Positions 1-9,590 of a stretch of DNA of 64,000 nt are shown piece after piece (position 1 is the first letter of the stretch; the number at the start of each line of letters is the position of its first letter). The DNA is from a virus. The position numbers and the translations under genes are program-made. The stretch lies in IMG/VR virus record IMGVR_UViG_3300044726_000013, positions 1 through 64,000 of that record; one strand, 5' to 3'. A model generated the notes under the pieces. It ran no database searches, was not told the DNA's origin, and saw nothing but the letters and a program-made list of their open reading frames with translations.

Positions 1-45
1 ACTCAGATAGACGGGTTCTACCGCTACAATGATGAAGCCGCTTGA
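1..45 (+). CDS. 3' end of a tail-assembly protein (NlpC/P60, lambda K-like), partial
   Basis: Frame 1 reads TQIDGFYRYNDEAA*. A GFYRY C-terminus directly before a J-like gene is typical of these proteins. Confidence 0.45.
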   Translation, partial: TQIDGFYRYNDEAA

Positions 46-3000
46 GCCGCGCACAGGTGAAATCTATGGCCCTGACACCATGGTCAGGTTCTTCCTGTTC
101 AAGCACGCGCTTCAGGGTGACCGCCACGTCTGTGAGGTGCCAGCGGGCCTGAGCATAGCTGAGGCGCTTGACCTGAGCATTGAAGACAGCGGCTGGCGTG
201 AGCGCTACCGGCACAGCTTCACCATCTTTCTGCAAGACGGCAGCTTGGTGCCAGAGCATATGTGGGACCGCGTGCGGCTCAAGGCAGGCACCGCCTGCGT
301 GGCGCGCCCGGTGGCTGAGGGGCCGTTCTTGGCCATCATACCGGCGCTGCTACCCACCCTGCTTGGCCCGCTGTTTGCTGGCATGGGCTTCTTTGGCCAG
401 TTGCTGCTGACGGGCATCACAATCGGCCTGAAGTTTCTGCTGAACAAGCTGTTTGCGCCCAAGCCGGTCAAGCCCACGCCCAGTGACCGTAAGGAAGTCT
501 ACTCAATTCTCGGCTCACGCAATGAGATCACCCAGTGGGAGCCCATACCGCTGGTGCTGGGCCGCCACCGCATCACGCCGCCTCTGTGCGCCAGTCCTTA
601 CACTGAGACGGTGGGTGATGAGCAATACCTGCGGCAGTTGTTCTGCAACGGCTACGGCGCGCTGGCCATTGAGGCCAACAGCATCAAGATTGGTGAGACG
701 CTGGTCAGCGCCTTTCCAGAAGCCCAACTTGAACACCGCTACGGCTATGCCGGTGACGCGGCATCCACGCTCTACCCCCGCAATGTTCTTGAGCAGCCGT
801 TTTCCATAGATTTGCTGAAGAACGTGCCTGATGCGCAGGGCTACCCCACCGCTGCGGTGACGCCTTGGGTTGAAAAAAGAACTGCCACCGATACCGTAAG
901 CTGCGGGCTTGATTTCTCATGGCCGCAGGGCCTTGGCGTCATCTCAGATGAAGGCCAGCGCAGCGGGCGTGAGGCCATCATCTACATTCAATGGCGCAAG
1001 GCGGCCACCGAAATACCCCCAGCGGCTGCGGGCGCGTGGTCTGGCAACCTTGTGATGAAGGTTAGCGCATCCACACAAAAGACGGTCAGGCGCACGTACA
1101 ACATCACATTTCCCGCTGCCGGGCAGTATGACGTGCGCGTCCACAAAGAAAGCCCTGAGATAACCAAGTACTGGGTAGACGCCAACTGGACCGCTCTTGA
1201 CATGCTGCTGTTCACGGCGCTGCGCAGCTTCACGCTTGGCGTGCCGCTGCGGTTTGCTGACGCGCCGCTGAGCGTCACCGCCATACGCATCAGGGCCAGC
1301 GGCCAACTGAACCAAGTGGTGGACAGCTACAACTGCGTGGTGCAGTCAAGGGTGGTGGCGTTCAACGGCACCTCTTGGGTGAATGACGTGGCGTCAAACA
1401 ACCCGGCTGACCTGTTCAGGCACGTGCTGACGTGCAAGGCCAACAGGCGGCCATTCCCAGTAGCGCAGATTGATCTGGTGCAGCTTCAGAAATGGTGGAC
1501 GTACTGCGTCCAGCAGAAGTGGCACTACAACAAAGTAGTCCGCAGCCAGATGTCAGTCTATGACCTGATCATTGAAATCTGTGCTGCCGGGCGCGGCATG
1601 CCAGTCTTCAGGGACGGCAAATGGTCTGTGGTCTGGGATGAGCAGGCCGTACCCATCAGCCAGTTGTTCACCCCGCGCAATAGCTGGAACTTTGAAGAGC
1701 AACGTGACCTTGAGCCCATACCGCATGGCTACCGCATGCGCTTCCCCAGTGAAACCAAGGGCTGGCGTGAAGATGAGCGGGTGGTCTACAACGACGGCTA
1801 CAGCAAGACCAACGCCACGTTGCTTGAGGGCTTTGAAATGCCCGGCGTCACCAACACTGACAGCATCTGGAAGCACGGGCGCTTTCACCTTGCCCAGCGC
1901 ATTCTGCGCCCCGGCATCTTCAGCCTCTATGCCGGGTGGGACGCACTGCCGCTCATCCGGGGTGACCGCGTGCGCGTCAACCATGACAGCTTCAGGTACG
2001 GGCTCTACAGCGGGCGCGTGACGGCGGTGGACGCCGCCAAGCAAGAGGTGACCATTGACACCAACGTGACGCTGGCAGGTGCCACCAACTACATGTTCAG
2101 GTTCAGGCTGGCGGGCGGCACGTTCCTTGAGCGCACCATTGACCCCGGCTACATAGGCGTGGAACTCAACAAGCTGGGGCTGGTGGGCACCGCCATGCCC
2201 ATGCCCGCCGTGGGTGACCTGTTTGCGCTTGGCTACGCCAGCCTAGACAGCGAAATCTTCAGGGTCATCGGCATAGAGCCTGAAGACAACTTTGTGCACC
2301 GGCTGATGATGGTGGCTGATGCACCTGAGATAGCTGACGCTGACACCGGCCAGATACCCGACTACACTGAGGGTATCAGCGTACCCATTGACCCCTACAC
2401 CCTGCCGCCGCGCAACCTGAAGGTCAGTGATGGCGTCTATGCCGATGGCGGCGGCGTCTACTGGGCCTACCTGCTGGTCAGTTGGGAGCCCCCGGCCTAC
2501 GGCAGGGTCACCAGCTTCCAGCTTCAGTACCGTGAAGGCGCTGATGATGATGACCCGTGGTCAAGCGGTGGGTCATTTGGCCCCAACGTCACGTCAGGTG
2601 AAATCAGGCGGCTGGACAGCGGCGTCTACACCGTGCGCTGCCGCTGCGTCTTTGACAGTGGCACCTACAGCGGCTGGGGCTACGCTGAGGCCAAGGCCAC
2701 CAACGAGTACACGCTGCCCCCGGCTGACGTGACCAACTTCAGGATAAACATCACGGGTGACACGGCCATCCTGCGGTGGGACCCAGTGCCCGGCATAGGC
2801 ATCATTTATGATCTGCGCTGGGCGTCTGAGGCGGTGCCCATACCTACGTGGAATGCATCAATACCCTTGGTCACCAGCGTCACTGACAGCGCTACCATAG
2901 CCACGCGCACCGGCACGTTCTTCATCAAGGCCAAGAAGCCATGGGGCGTCAGCAGCCTGAACGCCAAGATGATCAGCAGTCTGGTGGGCAGCTTCACGCA

Positions 3001-3745
3001 ACTGAATTTCATTCAGAACATTTCTGAGCATCCAACGTTTGCGGGCGTCAAGACCGGCGTCAGCGTGCAGGATGTTGATGAACTGCGCCTGACGCCTGAC
3101 CCCACCAACACCTACTACCCGGTCACCGGCACCTACAACTTTGCCCAGCGCATTGATCTGGGTGAAAAGATATCAAGCCGCCTGAGCATCATCCTCTATG
3201 CCTACGGCTACAACCCCGGCAGCAGCATGGCCAAGTGGGTGAGCCTGTCACAGGTCAACCCGCTGGATAGCACTGACGCGTCTGAGTGGGGCATCACGTC
3301 AGAGTTCAGGGTCAGTCTGGTTGGCGCGCCCTACGTCTGGGGTGAGTGGCAGACGTTCAGGCTGAGTGACGTGCAGGCGTGGGCCATGGAATTTAGATTG
3401 ACCCTGACCGGCAAGAAGGTTGTAGACACGGGCACTGACGTGATCAGGTCAGTGACCACGCCAAGCGTCAAGCTGCTGACCGTGCAGGTTGACATGCAGG
3501 ACCGCATTGAGAAGGGTGAAGACATTCTGTCAACCACGGCGGGCAAGACCGTTGTGTTTCCCCGTGGGCGCTTTAGAGTAGTGCCTGCGGTGGTGGTCAC
3601 GGTGCAAGATATTGTGGCCGGTGATTACTGGATAGTTGACCAGAAGAGTGACACATCATTCAGGATACGCATCTACAATGTTGCCAACGCGCTGATCAGC
3701 AAGAAGTTTGACTGGGTAGCTAAAGGCTGGGGACTGGTGATATGA
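29..3745 (+). CDS. Tail tip/host-specificity protein (lambda J-like, with N-terminal I-like part and FN3 domains)
   Basis: 1238 aa; PIPLVLGRHRITPP, SNNPA, GRFHLAQ and RGDRVRV motifs; FN3-like repeats; followed by fibre genes. Confidence 0.88.
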   Translation: MMKPLEPRTGEIYGPDTMVRFFLFKHALQGDRHVCEVPAGLSIAEALDLSIEDSGWRERYRHSFTIFLQDGSLVPEHMWDRVRLKAGTACVARPVAEGPFLAIIPALLPTLLGPLFAGMGFFGQLLLTGITIGLKFLLNKLFAPKPVKPTPSDRKEVYSILGSRNEITQWEPIPLVLGRHRITPPLCASPYTETVGDEQYLRQLFCNGYGALAIEANSIKIGETLVSAFPEAQLEHRYGYAGDAASTLYPRNVLEQPFSIDLLKNVPDAQGYPTAAVTPWVEKRTATDTVSCGLDFSWPQGLGVISDEGQRSGREAIIYIQWRKAATEIPPAAAGAWSGNLVMKVSASTQKTVRRTYNITFPAAGQYDVRVHKESPEITKYWVDANWTALDMLLFTALRSFTLGVPLRFADAPLSVTAIRIRASGQLNQVVDSYNCVVQSRVVAFNGTSWVNDVASNNPADLFRHVLTCKANRRPFPVAQIDLVQLQKWWTYCVQQKWHYNKVVRSQMSVYDLIIEICAAGRGMPVFRDGKWSVVWDEQAVPISQLFTPRNSWNFEEQRDLEPIPHGYRMRFPSETKGWREDERVVYNDGYSKTNATLLEGFEMPGVTNTDSIWKHGRFHLAQRILRPGIFSLYAGWDALPLIRGDRVRVNHDSFRYGLYSGRVTAVDAAKQEVTIDTNVTLAGATNYMFRFRLAGGTFLERTIDPGYIGVELNKLGLVGTAMPMPAVGDLFALGYASLDSEIFRVIGIEPEDNFVHRLMMVADAPEIADADTGQIPDYTEGISVPIDPYTLPPRNLKVSDGVYADGGGVYWAYLLVSWEPPAYGRVTSFQLQYREGADDDDPWSSGGSFGPNVTSGEIRRLDSGVYTVRCRCVFDSGTYSGWGYAEAKATNEYTLPPADVTNFRINITGDTAILRWDPVPGIGIIYDLRWASEAVPIPTWNASIPLVTSVTDSATIATRTGTFFIKAKKPWGVSSLNAKMISSLVGSFTQLNFIQNISEHPTFAGVKTGVSVQDVDELRLTPDPTNTYYPVTGTYNFAQRIDLGEKISSRLSIILYAYGYNPGSSMAKWVSLSQVNPLDSTDASEWGITSEFRVSLVGAPYVWGEWQTFRLSDVQAWAMEFRLTLTGKKVVDTGTDVIRSVTTPSVKLLTVQVDMQDRIEKGEDILSTTAGKTVVFPRGRFRVVPAVVVTVQDIVAGDYWIVDQKSDTSFRIRIYNVANALISKKFDWVAKGWGLVI

Positions 3746-4917
3746 CGCAGTTCAATTTCGGCACCATCATTGCCAGTCAAAAGTCAGGTGCCGGTCTGGC
3801 GTCTGACCTGAACGCTTGGCGTGATGCCGTGCACTCAGGCCACAAGGGCCCGTCACTGCCCACCTACAAGGTGCCGGGCATGGCTTGGCTGAATGATGTC
3901 AACAGCCCGTGGGAAGATTACGTCTGGGACGGCGCAGCCAACGCCCTGAGGGGCTTCATTGACCCGGTGACGCACCGCTACAGCGTGGCGGGCAACTACG
4001 CCATCAGCTACCCCAGCGGCGGCGCTGTGGCGCACCTGTCTGACTGGGGCACCCTGTTCAACATGACCGGCGTTGCGGCCCAGACGGTGGCCATAGACCC
4101 CATCAGCACGCTGTTGCCGGGCTGGTGGTGCCGCATCGTAGCGCGCACCATTGCCGTGACCATTGACCCGTTTGGCGCTGAGACGCTTGACGGCGCGGCC
4201 ACCAAGCTGTTGCCCGCAGGTAGCAGCACCACGGTGTTCTTTGACGGCAGCTTCTTGTACACCGATCAGGGCGGCGGCGGTCTGACTGACTTCCCCATAG
4301 GCGGTGTGGTGATGGTGCCGGGCATCAACCCACCCGGTGGGTTCCTGCGGCTGAACGGCGGCTCTATTTCACGTGTGACCTACGCGGGCCTGTGGGGCTA
4401 TGCACAGGTGAGCGGCAACCTTGCCACCACTCAGGCAGCGTGGACAGAGGGCAAGTTTGGCCCCGGTGACGGCAGCACCACGTTTGTGCTGCCTGACCTG
4501 CGTGGCAACTTTCTACGTGCTTGGGACAACGCCCGCAACTTTGACCCCAGCCGCGTCATCGGCTCAAGTCAGGCTGACGGCATTGAAACCCATGCCCATA
4601 CGGTTGACGTGACACCGGGCGGCGCGCACGCTCACAGCCTCACTGGCGGCGTCACTGACACTGAGAGCAGCCACTTTCACAACATTGACCAGCGCAACGC
4701 CAACATCGCTGGTGGTGTCGTACCCATGGCCACCGGGTTTGACGTTGCCCAGAGCGTCATGCCATCCGCCTACGCGGGCGCGCACAGCCATACGGTCACC
4801 GGCACCATCAGCACGGCCACCACCCATGACCACGCCGTCACCGTGGGCAACAACCCCGGTGCCAGCCCTGAAACGCGGCCCAAGAACATCGCGCTGTTGG
4901 CCTGCATCAAATATTGA
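3742..4917 (+). CDS. Tail fibre protein with tail-collar domain and HxH needle
   Basis: PGGFLRLNG...GDGSTTFVLPDLRGNFLR collar motif; five HxH motifs; ETRPKNIALLACIKY C-terminus. Confidence 0.88.
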   Translation: MTQFNFGTIIASQKSGAGLASDLNAWRDAVHSGHKGPSLPTYKVPGMAWLNDVNSPWEDYVWDGAANALRGFIDPVTHRYSVAGNYAISYPSGGAVAHLSDWGTLFNMTGVAAQTVAIDPISTLLPGWWCRIVARTIAVTIDPFGAETLDGAATKLLPAGSSTTVFFDGSFLYTDQGGGGLTDFPIGGVVMVPGINPPGGFLRLNGGSISRVTYAGLWGYAQVSGNLATTQAAWTEGKFGPGDGSTTFVLPDLRGNFLRAWDNARNFDPSRVIGSSQADGIETHAHTVDVTPGGAHAHSLTGGVTDTESSHFHNIDQRNANIAGGVVPMATGFDVAQSVMPSAYAGAHSHTVTGTISTATTHDHAVTVGNNPGASPETRPKNIALLACIKY

Positions 4918-4929
4918 GGGAGAGAACCT

Positions 4930-5208
4930 ATGGCTGGCCTGAAGATTTACAATTACAACTGGGCCACCGGGGAGTATATCAGTGACAGCATGGCTGACGT
5001 GAGCCCGCTTGAGCCAGACAAGTGGATTGTGCCCGGCTACGCCACCACCAAGGCCCCGCCAAGCCCAGAGCCGGGGCACCATGCGGTGTTTGACCGTGAT
5101 GCTGATAACTGGGTGCTTGAGAAGCTGCCGCCGCCTACGCCTGCCCCGCCACCAGATATGGTTGGTGAGAATGTCACTATAGGAGACCTGTTCAATGCCG
5201 ACAAATAA
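4930..5208 (+). CDS. Tail fibre assembly chaperone (Tfa-like)
   Basis: IYNY..TGEY...AD.SPLE...VP..AT...PP motif directly after the fibre gene. Confidence 0.75.
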   Translation: MAGLKIYNYNWATGEYISDSMADVSPLEPDKWIVPGYATTKAPPSPEPGHHAVFDRDADNWVLEKLPPPTPAPPPDMVGENVTIGDLFNADK

Positions 5209-5620
5209 GATCATAGAACATGCTGCCAGCAAGGTCTTCTGCCAGCGCGTGGCGTTCTTGGCCCTGCGGGCCGCGCACAAGGCCGCCAAAGAAACCCCCA
5301 ATGACATCACGCGCATGGCCTATTCTGAATTTGTCTTCAGGGGTGGCGAAAAGGCTGTGCTGTTGGCCCTGCACGTGGTGGCCGCCAGTGACGCCATCAG
5401 CGCGGCGCTTGAGGGTGGTGACCCTGATGCCGTGCAGGACTCTGACATTGAAGCCGCGCTGGCTGAAATCTGGGCCATGCGCAGCGCGGCCTTTGGCGCG
5501 GCTGACAATCAGGTGATGCAGATGCGGCGCATGGTGGATGAAACGGCAAAGCACGCTGAAGGTGTGATGAATGCCGTGGCTGAGGTGCGCCGTGGCCGCG
5601 CCGCTGCGCCCGGCACCTGA
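5195..5620 (+). CDS. Hypothetical fibre-associated protein (paralog of 59773-60117)
   Basis: Shares RV.FLA, VFRG, LLA.HV and D.DIE.ALA.IW..R..AF with 59773-60117. Confidence 0.7.
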   Translation: MPTNKIIEHAASKVFCQRVAFLALRAAHKAAKETPNDITRMAYSEFVFRGGEKAVLLALHVVAASDAISAALEGGDPDAVQDSDIEAALAEIWAMRSAAFGAADNQVMQMRRMVDETAKHAEGVMNAVAEVRRGRAAAPGT

Positions 5621-5894
5621 GGGTGCACAGTCTTGGCTGAGGGAAAATTCAACCTTAATCTATTTTCTGGTTGCGCAGGTGCTTGCCATAGGCGCGGGTG
5701 GTGCCAGCATTCTGGCCTATATGGTCAGGCTTGAGACACGCGTGGCAATAATGGAAACACGCGGCGCAGAGTACAGCGTGGCCAGAATGGCAAGGATGGA
5801 AGAGCGCATCACTATCCTTGAACAACAGACTGAAGCAAACGCGGCCCGGCTTGAACGCCTTGTTGACCAGTACCTGAAGCAGAAACAGCAATGA
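5571..5894 (+). CDS. Single-TM coiled-coil protein, putative holin/lysis accessory (start uncertain)
   Basis: Hydrophobic stretch LIYFLVAQVLAIGAGGASILAYMV followed by a coiled coil; directly upstream of the endolysin. Confidence 0.5.
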   Translation: MPWLRCAVAAPLRPAPEGAQSWLRENSTLIYFLVAQVLAIGAGGASILAYMVRLETRVAIMETRGAEYSVARMARMEERITILEQQTEANAARLERLVDQYLKQKQQ

Positions 5895-5912
5895 CGGCGG
5901 AGGACCCACCTA

Positions 5913-6671
5913 ATGCTGAGGTTTGAGCGCAAGACCTACTTTGATGAGGTGCGTGACACACTGTTCTACGGCAAGATGGACCAAGGGCAGGTAGATGGCC
6001 AAGAGTTCATCATTGATACGTGGGAAGACACCCGTCACACCCAAGACTTCCGCTTCTTGGCATATGAACTGGCAACTACAATCCATGAGACGGCCAGTAC
6101 AATGCTGCCTATAGAGGAATACGGCAAAGGTAAAGGCATGCCCTACGGCGTGCCTGATGCCATCACGGGTGAGACATACTATGGGCGCGGCTTTGTCCAA
6201 CTTACGTGGAAGGACAACTACGTCAAGATGACCCCGCTGGTTGACCCGCTGTTCCCCAGCCAACCCATTGATCTGGCCAAGAACGCCGTGCAGGCGCTGG
6301 TGCCTGAGTTTGCCGCCGCCATCATGTTTGAGGGCATGGAGCGCGGCATGTTCAGAAAAGATGACAAGGGACCACAGACGCTGGCCCGCTACTTTGACAG
6401 TGACACCGATGACCCCTACGGGGCGCGTGAAATCATCAATGGTGACAAGCACAAGGTGCCGTCATGGTCAAACGGCGTCTCAATCGGCAACCTGATTGCA
6501 GGCTACCACAAGAAGTTTCTGGCGGCGCTGACCGCCTCAGCAGAAGCGTTAGGGCCTCCCCCGGTTGAGCCTGACGCGCTGCCCCCGGTGCACGCCGCCT
6601 TCACGCTGGCTGACGGGCAGGCGCTGATCATCACGGTCAATGACGGCCAGCCCATGCAGGTGCTGCCATGA
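5913..6671 (+). CDS. Endolysin, glycoside hydrolase family 19 (chitinase/lysozyme-like)
   Basis: LAY.LAT..HET...PIEE, YYGRGFVQLTW..NY and AREIING motifs; GGAGG RBS. Confidence 0.88.
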   Translation: MLRFERKTYFDEVRDTLFYGKMDQGQVDGQEFIIDTWEDTRHTQDFRFLAYELATTIHETASTMLPIEEYGKGKGMPYGVPDAITGETYYGRGFVQLTWKDNYVKMTPLVDPLFPSQPIDLAKNAVQALVPEFAAAIMFEGMERGMFRKDDKGPQTLARYFDSDTDDPYGAREIINGDKHKVPSWSNGVSIGNLIAGYHKKFLAALTASAEALGPPPVEPDALPPVHAAFTLADGQALIITVNDGQPMQVLP

Positions 6672-7423
6672 TCAGCCTGTATGACCCGGTGACCATCAAC
6701 GCCACTGGCCAGAAGGGCTGGGTGCTGGGTGACCGGGGAGGCCCCGGTGGCCAGACTGAATATCACGTTGACGGCACAGACATCGAGATGTCTGACTGGT
6801 TTATTGAAGCTGACCTGTCACCGCGCATCCGGCCCATGATGCCCGCCATAGGCAGTCTGGTGAAGTGCTACGCCCAAGACTGTGAGGTGCTGCACCATGA
6901 CTGGGCGGCGGGCACCCTGTATCTGGTGGCCCCACAACCCATCAAGGACGGCGCGTTTGAGTGCCTGCACCGCTACCCCAACGTGCCGCAGGCGCACCTT
7001 GCCATCTGGCACGGTGAAAGCAGTGAACTAATGGATGTCACCACGGCGTGCACCTTTGTTGACGGTGAGACGTGGGTGGCGCTGCCGCAGTTCCTCAAGT
7101 TGCGGTTCAACAGCGCCATGGGGCCGTGGGCCAATGTTGAGGATGGTGACCTGAGGGTGGTGCTGGCTGACAGCGCCACGGTTGAGTTTCAGGTCACCGT
7201 TTCACAAAAAGCGAACAACTACGCCATCTTTGGCTACGGCTGGGACGGTGCCCCGGCCGTTGAGTTTGGCCGCATACTGTTGGCCGGGGCCGCACCGGCC
7301 CGCTACACGCTGACGCGCACCGTGCAGGTGGCTGAGGCTGGCCACCTTCTGGCGTTCTACATTTCATCTGATGATGCAACAAAGGCCCTGTTATGGTCTG
7401 ACGGGGAATTGGTGATCAAATGA
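6668..7423 (+). CDS. Hypothetical protein
   Basis: 251-aa ORF overlapping both neighbours (ATGA); typical codon bias. Confidence 0.7.
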   Translation: MISLYDPVTINATGQKGWVLGDRGGPGGQTEYHVDGTDIEMSDWFIEADLSPRIRPMMPAIGSLVKCYAQDCEVLHHDWAAGTLYLVAPQPIKDGAFECLHRYPNVPQAHLAIWHGESSELMDVTTACTFVDGETWVALPQFLKLRFNSAMGPWANVEDGDLRVVLADSATVEFQVTVSQKANNYAIFGYGWDGAPAVEFGRILLAGAAPARYTLTRTVQVAEAGHLLAFYISSDDATKALLWSDGELVIK

Positions 7424-7647
7424 CACTGGCTGGCATACTTCTGGGCGTCATCAACATCGCTATTGTGGTGGCAATTCTGATGCTGATAGGGGCCGTCATT
7501 GTGTGGTTCTTGTCGCTGATGAGTTACCCGGTACCCGCGCAGGTGCAGCGCGGCTACATGGGGGTGGTGGCGTTGATCGCCCTATACATGCTGGTGGCCC
7601 TGCTTTTGGGCATACCAACCATTCATGTGATCACCAGCGCCTCTTAA
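7420..7647 (+). CDS. Small two-TM membrane protein, putative holin
   Basis: Two long hydrophobic helices; end of the lysis cassette. Confidence 0.6.
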   Translation: MTLAGILLGVINIAIVVAILMLIGAVIVWFLSLMSYPVPAQVQRGYMGVVALIALYMLVALLLGIPTIHVITSAS

Positions 7648-7649
7648 CG

Positions 7650-7710
7650 TGCCCGCTGGGGTGCCTAGCAGCCCCGCCAGAGCGTTTTGTGGTGCCGGGT
7701 GGCATCTGAG
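7650..7710 (+). repeat. 61-bp dispersed repeat, copy A (copy B at 37758-37818)
   Basis: 53/61 identical by manual alignment; core GCAGCCCCGCCAGAGCGTTTTGTGG identical. Confidence 0.85.
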
Positions 7711-7763
7711 TGCCCCCAGAGGCCCTGAAGCCTCTGTACGGGCCTGCTGTGAGGTTTTGAGAA

Positions 7764-7961
7764 ATGTCTGAAGAGGCACCTGTGGCCATGCCCACAGATT
7801 TCTACACTGAAGCCGGGTTCGTGAAGTCATGCAGCATGAGTTCACACCCGGCCGTGGGTGACATGGTTGTGGTTGATGGCCAGATGTACACGGTGACCGG
7901 CCGTAGCTGGGACTTTGACGTTGGCGGCATGCCGGTGCTGGTGCGCATCCGCATAGAATGA
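7764..7961 (+). CDS. Small hypothetical beta-rich protein (similar to 37066-37263)
   Basis: P..GD....DG..YTV..R..D....VRI.I pattern shared; GAGG RBS. Confidence 0.6.
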   Translation: MSEEAPVAMPTDFYTEAGFVKSCSMSSHPAVGDMVVVDGQMYTVTGRSWDFDVGGMPVLVRIRIE

Positions 7962-8058
7962 TTGTGGGGCGGCACCCTGTTGGCTTTTGGGGAGCGCAGG
8001 GGTGCCAGCCCCCTGCCCTACCAATTGCTCAGCGGGGCATTGGGGTGATCATAGCACA

Positions 8059-9078
8059 TCAATGGGCCGTGGTCTTGGCTGCTTTGCGTGCGTCACGCTC
8101 AGCCTTCTTGCGGGCGTCATAGGCGCGCACGTTGGCCATCAGGTCTTCAGGCGTCAGGTTTTTGCGCAGATCGTCAGTTGGCCGCTCCCGTTCATTGCAC
8201 AGAGCAAGTTCATAGTGCTTGAAGATGCTGAAGGCTTCATTGAATGCATCCAAGGTAGCTTGGGGCGGGTTCAGGTGTTGGATGAAATCCGTATGCAGGC
8301 ACCGCATGATCTTGCGGTATTCCTCATGCTTCATGACGCCCTTGCGGTACTTGATGGCGCTCAGCAGTTGCTCAAAGTTCTTCAGCCATGCCGGTATGAC
8401 CACGGTGTCCATGCGTTTCTTGACTTCGGCCAACACGCGCGTCTCAAACACCAGTTCAAGCCGTCGCTGTTCAGCTTTCAGGGCTGCGTCATACTGGGCC
8501 TGCTTTGACTTGCTGAGTACCACCTTTTCCTCAGCCTGCTTTTCTTCAGCCTGCCGCATGGCAATGGCCTGCCCGGCAATACCATCACTGACGCCAGCCT
8601 CTTGCCCTATGGCTTCACGGGTCAGGCTCTCACCCGCAGCCTTGCGGCGGTCATAGGCGCGCAGGGCGCGGTCACGGGCAACGTGTTCTTTTTCCTTGGC
8701 AGGCTTGGGCTTCTTTTTGTCTGCGTATTGTTCCATGATCTTCTGTGCTTCACGAAAACTCAGATTGGGCTTCTCTAGCACAATACGTTCCTTGTCAGGG
8801 TGGTCGTTCAATTGAAGGGCAACAGTCAAAGGCAGAGTTTGCAAGCGCTTGCAATTTGCCCATGCCAGATAGGTTGCACGATAGTCATAAACTATCCTGT
8901 ATTTACGGTCTATGTCTTTGGCGAATTGCTTTAGCGTGCCCTCACCGTGTTTAGGCTCTAGGTGGGCTACAATCTCAGCGATGCGCCACAGGTCACGCTC
9001 AGCCCGTGTGAACAGGTCACGCACTTCAGTCACGGCGGCGTCATAGGGTATGGTGTCTGGTTGTGTCAGGCTGGTCAT
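8059..9078 (-). CDS. Hypothetical helical protein with J-domain-like C-terminal segment
   Basis: 339-aa ORF; YRKIMRCLHTD...FNEAFSIF resembles the J-domain HPD region. Confidence 0.65.
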   Translation of the reverse strand: MTSLTQPDTIPYDAAVTEVRDLFTRAERDLWRIAEIVAHLEPKHGEGTLKQFAKDIDRKYRIVYDYRATYLAWANCKRLQTLPLTVALQLNDHPDKERIVLEKPNLSFREAQKIMEQYADKKKPKPAKEKEHVARDRALRAYDRRKAAGESLTREAIGQEAGVSDGIAGQAIAMRQAEEKQAEEKVVLSKSKQAQYDAALKAEQRRLELVFETRVLAEVKKRMDTVVIPAWLKNFEQLLSAIKYRKGVMKHEEYRKIMRCLHTDFIQHLNPPQATLDAFNEAFSIFKHYELALCNERERPTDDLRKNLTPEDLMANVRAYDARKKAERDARKAAKTTAH

Positions 9079-9100
9079 AGCACCCCCTTGATTTGAAAGG

Positions 9101-9126
9101 GGGGCAGACGGTTGCCCGCCTGCCCC
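9101..9126 (-). terminator. GC-rich hairpin, possible terminator
   Basis: GGGGCAGACGG-TTGC-CCGCCTGCCCC between two minus-strand genes. Confidence 0.45.
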
Positions 9127-9132
9127 AGTGGT

Positions 9133-9525
9133 CTACTCAGCAGCGGCGCTGTCAGCGCCGTCACTGCTATGGCCAATCACCGGGCCGCCCGCCTTGCGGC
9201 GGGTGGTGATGTCAATGCCCAGATGCTTGCGCGTGTGGGTGTAGCTGTTCTTGGCCACGTTCAGGGGCGCATCAGAAACCAGCGTGTCGCCCTTGATCTT
9301 GGCGGCTTGCTGCACCTTCTGGGTTGCCACAATGTGGTCAAGTGCAAGAGTGCCGTGGGTCGTGTCACTGTTGTTGACCGCCGTGTTCAGCTTCTTGAAC
9401 TCTGCGTCAGTCATCCACAATTCAACGGCATACGGTATCATGCGTAGAAACAGCTTGACCGGCTGCATGACTTCCGTCAGCACATCAGGTACTGGCGGTG
9501 TGTTGTATTTAGCGACTTTACTCAT
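9133..9525 (-). CDS. Hypothetical protein
   Basis: 130-aa ORF with GAGGAG RBS. Confidence 0.65.
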   Translation of the reverse strand: MSKVAKYNTPPVPDVLTEVMQPVKLFLRMIPYAVELWMTDAEFKKLNTAVNNSDTTHGTLALDHIVATQKVQQAAKIKGDTLVSDAPLNVAKNSYTHTRKHLGIDITTRRKAGGPVIGHSSDGADSAAAE

Positions 9526-9590
9526 ACGCTACTCCTCTGTTGTACAACAGGACCAGCATAAAATCGCCCACACCTGAAAGTCAAATTCCT

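Noticed and set aside
5571-7647. Spanin genes in the lysis cassette
   Set aside because: No lipobox-bearing or nested Rz/Rz1-like ORF could be identified with confidence.
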